Assembly: GCA_937903035.1 (NCBI GenBank)
Contig: CALCZP010000003.1
Coordinates: 65,156 to 129,155, forward strand
Length of the DNA: 64,000 nucleotides
Direction of reading: 5' to 3'
Source of the DNA: an uncultured bacterium
Lineage (GTDB): Bacteria; Patescibacteriota; Minisyncoccia; Phycocordibacterales; UBA9973
A model generated the notes under the pieces. The model worked only from the letters and a program-made list of their open reading frames with translations, was not told the DNA's origin and searched no databases. The translations under genes were made by a program, and so were the position numbers. Below are positions 57,189 to 64,000 of the stretch, one piece after another. How positions within the stretch are numbered: position 1 is the stretch's first letter; every line of letters starts with the position of its first letter.

Positions 57189-57659
57189 ATGCGAAGACCA
57201 GTAAAAAATCGAAATATCGTAAAGCCTGACATCAAGTTCTCATCTGAGACGCTTGAGAAATTCATCAACTCTATTATGCAGAGTGGCAAAAAGAACACTG
57301 CTCGTTCTATCGTCTATGGTGCACTTGATATCATCAAGGAGAAGGAAGGTGTAGAAAACCCACTTGAAGTCTTTGAAAATGCTCTCAAGAACGCAGGTCC
57401 ACTCGTAGAAGTCCGCTCACGTCGTATTGGTGGTGCAAACTATCAGGTTCCTCGCGAAGTTCGCACTGAGCGCCGTACCGCTCTTGCAATCCGTTGGATT
57501 ATTGAGGCAACTCGCAACCGCAAGGGTGCAAAGACTGCAGTAGCACTCGCCGAAGAGCTCTCACTCGCTGCAAAAGGCGAAGGAAATGCTGTAAAGAAAA
57601 AGAAGGACACCCACAAGATGGCAGAGTCCAACAAAGCATTTGCCCATTTCGCTTGGTAA
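57189..57659 (+). CDS. rpsG: 30S ribosomal protein S7
   Basis: S7 family; 156 aa, directly after rpsL. Confidence 0.92.
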   Translation: MRRPVKNRNIVKPDIKFSSETLEKFINSIMQSGKKNTARSIVYGALDIIKEKEGVENPLEVFENALKNAGPLVEVRSRRIGGANYQVPREVRTERRTALAIRWIIEATRNRKGAKTAVALAEELSLAAKGEGNAVKKKKDTHKMAESNKAFAHFAW

Positions 57660-57725
57660 TACGAAACATAGCCCCCGAAAGGGGGTTCTTTCTATTCTCT
57701 TGACTTTCTCTAAAATAAATGTAGA

Positions 57726-58694
57726 TTGAAGAAAACAATTCATTTCAAATTCAAAACCAATTACATTATGGACAACAGCATTTTAGTAATCCTATTAGTT
57801 CTAGCTGTGCTTGTTTTGGGGGTATTTTTAGTAAAAATCTCTAAACAAGCAGAAAAGAAAAAAGACGCAGCAGTTGCTGAAGCTATTGCTAAAAACACTT
57901 CAGAGCTTAATAAAAGCTTTGAAGAAAAAGAGCAAAAAGCTAAAGATATAAAAATCGGCGAAGTTAATCGTCTAACAAAAGAGCGAGACGAAGCAAGGCA
58001 ACAAATTGCTACTATCAAAGAAGACACAAAAGCTGAGGTTGAAAATGAATTCAAGCAAAAACTTGAAGATGCCGAAGCAAAGCAAAAAATTGCTGAAACC
58101 AAGTACGAAACACTTTCTGCTGGTGTAAACAAAGAGCGTCTTATCCATTTGGATGCTACGCTCAAGTATGATCCAGCAATGAATTCGCTTAAAGCAATGC
58201 TTAGCAAACTTGATGATTACCGTGAAAAAGGTGGTACTACAAAAGAGTATCAAAATTCGGTACTTGCTGGTATGGAGCGAAATATCAAAGATATTAGCAA
58301 CTCTCGCCATGACAGGTACAAGCAATTGCAAGAGCAAATTTCAAATGACTATGCACTTGTTGAGCTCCATGAAGAGAAAGAAGATGGCGGCATGATTGGC
58401 CTTATCTACAAAAAGACAATGAAAGCTACTAAGGCAGAAATCATTGGAATTTTGGAAGAAAAGGGTCTAGAGCTTACCCAAGATGGTGACGCAAAACCTC
58501 CGTTTAAGGAATTTACTGATTTCTTTACACTAGTAGAAGAAACAGGGGTTCCTGTCCTTTCCATTTTGGATTTGATTCAAAGGGTATCTGCCCAGCAAAA
58601 ACTTTTGTACCCTTCAGGTAAGTTGGAAGCCGGTACAGGAGTAAAAGACCAACAACAAGGTGGTGGTAATGACAAAATAGCTCAAGCTTCCTAA
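57726..58694 (+). CDS. Membrane-anchored coiled-coil protein (AT-rich insertion in the ribosomal locus)
   Basis: N-terminal TM ILVILLVLAVLVLGVFLV; Lys/Glu-rich coiled coil; local AT enrichment; alternative start 57768. Confidence 0.5.
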   Translation: MKKTIHFKFKTNYIMDNSILVILLVLAVLVLGVFLVKISKQAEKKKDAAVAEAIAKNTSELNKSFEEKEQKAKDIKIGEVNRLTKERDEARQQIATIKEDTKAEVENEFKQKLEDAEAKQKIAETKYETLSAGVNKERLIHLDATLKYDPAMNSLKAMLSKLDDYREKGGTTKEYQNSVLAGMERNIKDISNSRHDRYKQLQEQISNDYALVELHEEKEDGGMIGLIYKKTMKATKAEIIGILEEKGLELTQDGDAKPPFKEFTDFFTLVEETGVPVLSILDLIQRVSAQQKLLYPSGKLEAGTGVKDQQQGGGNDKIAQAS

Positions 58695-58706
58695 CTTACA
58701 TGGTAA

Positions 58707-58735
58707 GCCCCGACAGTAGTCCGGGGCTTTTTTAT
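58707..58735 (+). terminator. Rho-independent terminator
   Basis: GCCCCGACAGTAGTCCGGGGC plus a T-run. Confidence 0.7.
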
Positions 58736-58764
58736 TTGACATATTTGAACCCTTTTGATAAGCT
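58736..58764 (+). promoter_or_regulatory. Sigma70-like promoter candidate for the S14-S8-L6 operon
   Basis: TTGACA, 17 nt spacer, TAAGCT, about 95 nt upstream of rpsN. Confidence 0.35.
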
Positions 58765-58860
58765 ACCCGAGCTCTTTGGTAATCCGCAGAACTCTCTTTG
58801 TTCGGTCACTGATCAGATAAAGAAAGCCCTGTGTGATATTCCACCGAGCATTTCATTCTC

Positions 58861-59046
58861 ATGGCAAAAACGTCAGTCATCGCGCGTTCACAAAAAACGC
58901 CTAAATACAGTACCCGCGCCGTAAACCGTTGTTTCCGTTGTGGTCGCCGTCATGGATTTATGCGCGACTTTGGTCTGTGTCGTATTTGCTTCCGAGAGCT
59001 TGCCAACGAAGGCATGATCCCAGGTATCCGTAAGTCATCGTGGTAA
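58861..59046 (+). CDS. rpsN: 30S ribosomal protein S14 (Zn-binding type Z)
   Basis: 61 aa with a CxxC...CxxC zinc ribbon. Confidence 0.9.
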   Translation: MAKTSVIARSQKTPKYSTRAVNRCFRCGRRHGFMRDFGLCRICFRELANEGMIPGIRKSSW

Positions 59047-59062
59047 TTTTAAGTATAGTTTT

Positions 59063-59458
59063 ATGGTAACCGACCCAATCGCAAACATGATCATCAGCCT
59101 CAAAAATGGCGCAATGGTTTCAAAAGAAACCGTTATTGTTCCGTTTTCTAGTATCAAATACTCTATCGCACAGTGTCTCAAGGATCACGGTTTTATTGAG
59201 CAGGTATCAAAAAAGACCGAAAAAGAAAACAAGCCAGTGCTTGAGATCACGCTTGCATACAATGCTGGTGTTTCAAAGATCCATGATGTAACTCGTGTAT
59301 CAAAGCCTTCACGTCGTGTATATCTCGGTATGCGTGAACTTCACAGCTACAAGAATGGTCACGGTATTACCGTCCTTTCAACTCCAAAAGGTATTATGAG
59401 CGACAAGCAAGCCAAGAAAGAACAGGTCGGTGGCGAAGCGTTATTTATGATTTGGTAA
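59063..59458 (+). CDS. rpsH: 30S ribosomal protein S8
   Basis: S8 family; 131 aa. Confidence 0.92.
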   Translation: MVTDPIANMIISLKNGAMVSKETVIVPFSSIKYSIAQCLKDHGFIEQVSKKTEKENKPVLEITLAYNAGVSKIHDVTRVSKPSRRVYLGMRELHSYKNGHGITVLSTPKGIMSDKQAKKEQVGGEALFMIW

Positions 59459-59462
59459 TTAT

Positions 59463-59996
59463 ATGAGTAGAGTAGGTAAACAACAATTGACCATTCCAGC
59501 AGGAACAACAGCAACATTCGCTGATGGTATCTTTACCGTGAAAGGTCCTCTCGGTACACTCACTCGTGCATTTGACGATGTGGTAACCTTCAACATTGAA
59601 GGTGATATGGTAACATTCGCGCAGAAAGGAGATGACTCATTCCGCCGTGCAATTTGGGGAACCTACGCATCTCATGTAAAAAATATGCTCCAGGGTGTTG
59701 TCACTCCATACCAAAAGAAGCTCATTCTCGAAGGAGTTGGATTTAAGAGTGAAGTCAAAGGCACTGATCTTCATCTCGCGCTTGGATTCTCACATCCTGT
59801 TATTGTTCCGATCCCAGCAGGTCTCACGATAACTGCTGAAAAAAACAACATCACGATTACTGGTATCGACAAAGAACTTGTTGGTATGTTTGCCGCAAAG
59901 GTTCGTTCCCTCAAGAAGCCAGAGCCATACAAGGGTAAGGGGTTCCGATACGACAACGAAGTTATTCGTCGCAAGCAAGGCAAGAAGTCTGCATAA
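59463..59996 (+). CDS. rplF: 50S ribosomal protein L6
   Basis: L6 family; 177 aa. Confidence 0.92.
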   Translation: MSRVGKQQLTIPAGTTATFADGIFTVKGPLGTLTRAFDDVVTFNIEGDMVTFAQKGDDSFRRAIWGTYASHVKNMLQGVVTPYQKKLILEGVGFKSEVKGTDLHLALGFSHPVIVPIPAGLTITAEKNNITITGIDKELVGMFAAKVRSLKKPEPYKGKGFRYDNEVIRRKQGKKSA

Positions 59997-60012
59997 TTTT
60001 TAACCATCATAT

Positions 60013-60360
60013 ATGTCACGTTCAACCACACAAGAAAAGAAGCTCCGTATCAAACGAAAAATCCGTTCGCAGATTTCTGGTACCGAGACTCGTCCACGTC
60101 TCTCAGTGTATCGTTCAAACGCATTTATGTATGCGCAGCTTATCGATGATGTGAATGCAGTAACTCTCGCTGCTGCGACCGATAAGACTGCAAAGAAGGG
60201 TACCAAGATGGATGGTGCAATTCTTGCAGGGAAGGCACTCGCTGCTGCAGCAAAAGCAAAAGGTATTACAACTGTCGTCTTTGATCGTAACGGCTTTAAG
60301 TACGCTGGGCGCATCAAGGCATTCGCTGATGCAGCTCGCGAAGCAGGACTTGCATTTTAA
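60013..60360 (+). CDS. rplR: 50S ribosomal protein L18
   Basis: L18 family; 115 aa. Confidence 0.9.
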   Translation: MSRSTTQEKKLRIKRKIRSQISGTETRPRLSVYRSNAFMYAQLIDDVNAVTLAAATDKTAKKGTKMDGAILAGKALAAAAKAKGITTVVFDRNGFKYAGRIKAFADAAREAGLAF

Positions 60361-60365
60361 ACACT

Positions 60366-60986
60366 ATGACTACTCCAACCACCCCAACAACAGCAAATAC
60401 TCGAACAGCAACAGGAGCACGAAAACCTTTTGGAGCTTCTTCTGGCGGTCGTCCTCCTCGTCGTGATGGCAAGACTATGGCAGATCGCGTCAAAGACGTT
60501 GATCAAAAGATTCTCGACATCCGTCGCGTGACCCGTGTGGTTGCTGGTGGACGTCGTATGAGTTTCGCTGTTTCAATGCTCATCGGAGACAAGAACCTTG
60601 GTGTTGTCGGTGTTGGTACTGGAAAGGGAAATGACACTGCAGTTGCGATCGGCAAGGCGCTCAAGGATGCAAAGAAAAATGCAATCAAGATCAAACTCAC
60701 CAAGACTCGCTCTATCCCACACAACGTTGCTGCAAAGTACTGTGCATCACGCGTCATGCTGTTCCCAAACCAAGGTAAAGGTATTGTGACTGGTGCAGCA
60801 CTCCGCGATATCGTAGTGATTGCAGGTATCAAGGACGTATCAGGAAAAGTCGTATCAGGTAGCAAGAACAAGCTCAACAATGCTCGCGCAGTTATCAAAG
60901 CACTCAGTGCGATCTCAACTCCGTACTACTTCAATACACCAAAAGCTCCAGAAGCAGTAGTGTCAGCAGAAGAAGCTAAAGCATAA
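60366..60986 (+). CDS. rpsE: 30S ribosomal protein S5 with a Thr/Pro-rich N-terminal extension
   Basis: S5 dsRBD plus C-terminal domain; N-terminal MTTPTTPTTANTRTATGARKP. Confidence 0.9.
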   Translation: MTTPTTPTTANTRTATGARKPFGASSGGRPPRRDGKTMADRVKDVDQKILDIRRVTRVVAGGRRMSFAVSMLIGDKNLGVVGVGTGKGNDTAVAIGKALKDAKKNAIKIKLTKTRSIPHNVAAKYCASRVMLFPNQGKGIVTGAALRDIVVIAGIKDVSGKVVSGSKNKLNNARAVIKALSAISTPYYFNTPKAPEAVVSAEEAKA

Positions 60987-60990
60987 TCCT

Positions 60991-61425
60991 ATGAATATTC
61001 TCAAGCGAACAACTAAAAACAAAAAAGCAAAGACTGTTGGTCGTGGCTCAAAACGCGGCAAGACTTCAGGTCGTGGTACCAAGGGACAGAAGGCTCGTGC
61101 AGGTCACAAAATCCGTCCTGAAATTCGCGATACAATCAAGAAACTCCCAAAGCTTCGTGGTCGTGGCAAGAATACGAACAAGCCGGTACGTGGTACAGCT
61201 ACAGTAGTAAACCTCGCAATGATCGCAAAAGCGTTTGTGGCTGGTGCATCAGTTACCCCTTCAGCATTGTTTGAAAAAGGCCTCATCCGACGTGTTGGGG
61301 GAAAGCTCCCAAGCGTAAAAGTGCTTGCTGCTGGTGAGATTGCGGTTGCAATTGATGTCTATGATTGTGAAGTGTCTGCTGCGGCAAAAGCCAAAATTGA
61401 GGCTGCTCGTGGTACAGTACACTAA
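60991..61425 (+). CDS. rplO: 50S ribosomal protein L15
   Basis: L15 family; follows rpsE directly with no L30 gene between. Confidence 0.9.
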   Translation: MNILKRTTKNKKAKTVGRGSKRGKTSGRGTKGQKARAGHKIRPEIRDTIKKLPKLRGRGKNTNKPVRGTATVVNLAMIAKAFVAGASVTPSALFEKGLIRRVGGKLPSVKVLAAGEIAVAIDVYDCEVSAAAKAKIEAARGTVH

Positions 61426-61426
61426 T

Positions 61427-62698
61427 ATGGAATCATTTTTCAGAAAATTTAAAACAGTATTCACTGAACGTTCAATCCGCAACAAAATTCTTTTTGTCGT
61501 TGCGGCTTTGTTCGTTTTTCGCTTCCTCGCGGTCATCCCGGTTCCAGGTGTTGATACTGCACGTCTAAATGACTTCTTGGCGAACAGTCAGTTTCTCGGT
61601 CTCTTCAACCTTCTCTCTGGTGGGGGACTCTCATCATTCTCTATTGTAATGCTCGGTGTTGGTCCATACATCACTGCGTCAATCATCATGCAGCTCCTGT
61701 CAATGATGGTGCCGTCACTCAAGGAAATGACCCAGGAAAATGGTGAAGCTGGTCGCTTTAAGTTTAACCAATACGTCCGACTCCTGTCAGTGCCGATTGC
61801 AGCGCTTCAGGCATTTTCATTCATTCACTACTTGCAGAGTCAGGGCGCAATCGCTGCACTCTCGACATTCTCAATGCTTTCAAACATTACGATTATCGTT
61901 GCAGGCTCAATGCTCCTCCTTTGGATTGCTGACTTGATCAATGAGTTCGGTGTTGGAAATGGTACTTCTATCATCATCATGGCAGGTATCCTTTCACAGA
62001 TTCCTGCAAAGGTATCGCAGTTCTTCTTTACCTTCACGATGGATCAGCTACCAGTAACATTACTCTATATTGTAGTCGCACTCTTGGTCATTGCTGGCGT
62101 GGTCTATATTTATGAGGCAGAGCGTCCGATCAAGGTAACCTATGCGCGTGAAGTACGCGGTGTACGTACCATTGGTGGTAATGAAAGCTACATTCCGCTT
62201 CGCCTTACTCAGGCTGGTGTGATGCCAATTATCTTTGCATCATCACTCCTCTTGTTCCCGCAGTTTGCCGCAAATCTCTTTGCAGCGTCATCATCTCCTG
62301 TGCTTCATAGTGTTGCAAATGCATTCACGAGCTTCCTCCAGAGCACTTGGCTCTACTCAACCGTCTACTTCTTCCTTGTTGTATTCTTTACGTATCTCTA
62401 CACAACCGTAACCTTTGATCCGCAGCAGATCGCAACAAACCTTCAGAAGAATGGCGCTTTCGTTCCAGGTATTCGTCCAGGCGAATCAACTGCAAGCTAC
62501 ATGGGCGTGATTGTGAATCGCATCACCCTTGTTGGGTCACTCTTCCTCGGTGTTGTCGCAGTACTCCCACTCATCATTCGTACAGCGACTGGTATCACTG
62601 CATTTGCAGTGGGTGGTACCTCACTCCTTATTACGGTTTCGGTAGTGATTGATCTCATCCGCCGCCTCGACGCACAGGTAGCAATGACTGAGTACTAA
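61427..62698 (+). CDS. secY: Preprotein translocase subunit SecY
   Basis: 10 TM; SecY signatures; start at ATG 61427 (MESFFRKF), 1 nt after the rplO stop; the ORF-track start at 61325 overlaps rplO. Confidence 0.9.
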   Translation: MESFFRKFKTVFTERSIRNKILFVVAALFVFRFLAVIPVPGVDTARLNDFLANSQFLGLFNLLSGGGLSSFSIVMLGVGPYITASIIMQLLSMMVPSLKEMTQENGEAGRFKFNQYVRLLSVPIAALQAFSFIHYLQSQGAIAALSTFSMLSNITIIVAGSMLLLWIADLINEFGVGNGTSIIIMAGILSQIPAKVSQFFFTFTMDQLPVTLLYIVVALLVIAGVVYIYEAERPIKVTYAREVRGVRTIGGNESYIPLRLTQAGVMPIIFASSLLLFPQFAANLFAASSSPVLHSVANAFTSFLQSTWLYSTVYFFLVVFFTYLYTTVTFDPQQIATNLQKNGAFVPGIRPGESTASYMGVIVNRITLVGSLFLGVVAVLPLIIRTATGITAFAVGGTSLLITVSVVIDLIRRLDAQVAMTEY

Positions 62699-62727
62699 TC
62701 TCTTGTAGTGCTTGGTATACTCTAGCT

Positions 62728-63321
62728 ATGCAAAAACAAGCCTATATTTTTATCGGACAATCAGGTGCCGGTAAGGGAACTCAAGCTGCACTCTTTGAGG
62801 AAAAAGTTCGCTCACTTAACCCTCAGGCAAGCGTGCTTCACCTTGAGACAGGGAACATTTTTCGCTCATTTATCCAAAGTGACTCATACACTGCGCGTGA
62901 GACCAAGGCGATGATTGAACGAGGCGAGCTCCCACCTTCATTTATCGGTGTCCATGTCTGGAGTCATGAGCTTATTGCTCGGTACACCGGACAAGAATTT
63001 GTTTTCTTGGACGGTACACCACGGGTGATTGATGAAGCACCTGTACTCCTCTCAGCAGCACATTTCTATGACTGGAAGGTGAATGTGGTGTACATTGAGG
63101 TATCTGATGCCTGGGCAAATGACCGACTCATCGGTCGTGGTAGACATGATGATACAGATGACAAAGAGCGTGCGGGGCGGCTCGCATGGTTCCATGAGAA
63201 TGTGATGCCTGCAGTCGAGTATCTCAAGTCAGCACCAGGCGTGAATTTCCTCACGATCAATGGTGAGCGTGAGATTGAAGTTATTCAACAAGATATTTGT
63301 AAACAACTTGGTGTAGAGTAG
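62728..63321 (+). CDS. adk: Adenylate kinase
   Basis: P-loop GQSGAGKGTQA; LID region. Confidence 0.9.
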   Translation: MQKQAYIFIGQSGAGKGTQAALFEEKVRSLNPQASVLHLETGNIFRSFIQSDSYTARETKAMIERGELPPSFIGVHVWSHELIARYTGQEFVFLDGTPRVIDEAPVLLSAAHFYDWKVNVVYIEVSDAWANDRLIGRGRHDDTDDKERAGRLAWFHENVMPAVEYLKSAPGVNFLTINGEREIEVIQQDICKQLGVE

Positions 63322-63340
63322 TACTCTTTTCGCGATACTA

Positions 63341-63397
63341 GTTTCTTTTCAAAAAGCCAGTCCCACCGAACCCCTTTTTCAAAGAAACTAGTATCGC
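63341..63397. promoter_or_regulatory. Long inverted repeat (17-bp stem, ~22-nt loop) between adk and map
   Basis: GCGATACTAGTTTCTTT ... AAAGAAACTAGTATCGC read directly. Confidence 0.5.
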
Positions 63398-63421
63398 TCA
63401 ATCGCACCCTTTACCTCTTTT

Positions 63422-64000
63422 ATGATAATTATTAAAACTCCAGACGAAATAGCGAAACTCAAAAAAGGCGGTCCGATACTTGCTCGTATTTTGCGTGAGG
63501 TAGCGAGCGCAGTGGTTGCGGGTGTTACCACCAAGTCACTTGATGAGCTCGCTGCTCGTTTGATTAAAGAAGCGGGCTGTACGCCAGCATTTCTCAACTA
63601 CAAACCCGAAGGTGCACACACGCCCTTTCCTGCAACGCTCTGTGTCTCAGTGAATGCTGAGGTCGTCCATGGCATTCCAGGAGGGTATGTGATCAAAGCA
63701 GGGGATATCGTGTCAGTTGATCTCGGGCTCAACTATGAAGGGGTCTTTCTCGATCATGCGACGACAGTTGCTGTAGGAGAGGTATCAGTGAGAGAAAAGA
63801 AGCTCCTTGGCGCAACCGAGGCTGCACTTATGGCGGGTATCGAAGCGATCGTACCAGGAGCGCGTATTGGGGATATCGGATATGCAATTCAGTCAGTGGC
63901 AAAGCAGCATAGGCTTAGTATCGTCTATGGCTTTTCAGGACATGGTGTTGGGCGACATATTCATGAGGATCCCTATGTCACCAATACGGGCAAGCCAGGG
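63422..64000 (+). CDS. map: Methionine aminopeptidase type I (3' end beyond window)
   Basis: MIIIKTPDEIAKLKKGG ... metal-ligand motifs (VHGIP, D..D, H, E); truncated by the window edge so absent from the ORF track. Confidence 0.85.
   Translation, partial: MIIIKTPDEIAKLKKGGPILARILREVASAVVAGVTTKSLDELAARLIKEAGCTPAFLNYKPEGAHTPFPATLCVSVNAEVVHGIPGGYVIKAGDIVSVDLGLNYEGVFLDHATTVAVGEVSVREKKLLGATEAALMAGIEAIVPGARIGDIGYAIQSVAKQHRLSIVYGFSGHGVGRHIHEDPYVTNTGKPG

Noticed and set aside
1-64000. CRISPR arrays, rRNA genes, transposases or phage structural genes
   Set aside because: No regularly spaced direct repeats, no rRNA-like conserved stretches, and no DDE or serine-recombinase transposase-like ORFs were seen. 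The only recombinase is a chromosomal XerC/D-type.

Overview
This 64 kb window looks like a low-to-moderate GC chromosome from a reduced-genome bacterium of the candidate phyla radiation type, Saccharibacteria/Parcubacteria-like. The evidence is that no L30 gene lies between rpsE and rplO, ribosomal protein S5 carries an N-terminal low-complexity extension, trigger factor is short, a non-ATG start is likely, and there are many secreted low-complexity surface proteins.

Housekeeping genes are dense: rsmA, pcrA/uvrD, comM/yifB, a Nudix hydrolase, a DksA-like protein, rpsO, xerC/D, xth, cca, hup, rny, clpP, tig, ppa, nusA, tpiA, pgk, hit, recJ, rnhA, comEC, sod, rpmB, rpsL-rpsG, then S14-S8-L6-L18-S5-L15-secY-adk-map. 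They are interleaved with three accessory-like regions:

1. 1-7606: a minus-strand operon headed by a gene of more than 1000 aa encoding a VirB6/TrbL-like polytopic membrane protein that runs off the window start. It is followed by four secreted or membrane-anchored proteins rich in Gly/Thr/Ser.

2. 21.1-23.9 kb: a cca-tRNA-yraN locus with four tRNAs (Arg-TCG, Gly-GCC, Pro-TGG, Gly-TCC) and a duplicated 5' half of tRNA-Pro. It also holds seven copies of a 12-14 nt palindrome, GTTTCACGTGAAAC.

3. 34.8-46.4 kb: the most interesting region. It is a cluster of paralogous secreted proteins. One has tandem GYAWSSNIGW repeats. One carries a clear Hint/intein-like autoprocessing domain followed by a 61-aa C-terminal peptide with 8 cysteines. 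Two paralogs share a 100% identical 5' end. Directly downstream lies a type IV pilus / T2SS-like module: PilB, PilC, three prepilin-type minor pilins and a PilX-like large protein.

Other notable items:
- A 923-aa soluble ATPase of the FtsK/HerA/VirD4 family with a novel N-terminal domain.
- RNase HI with a C-terminal hybrid-binding domain.
- A split ComEC, with the channel and the MBL domain in separate genes and sod antisense between them.
- An AT-rich coiled-coil gene inserted between rpsG and rpsN where fusA/tuf would normally sit.
- A 21-nt hairpin repeated at two terminators.
- A 17-bp-stem inverted repeat between adk and map.

No rRNA, CRISPR array or obvious transposase was seen.
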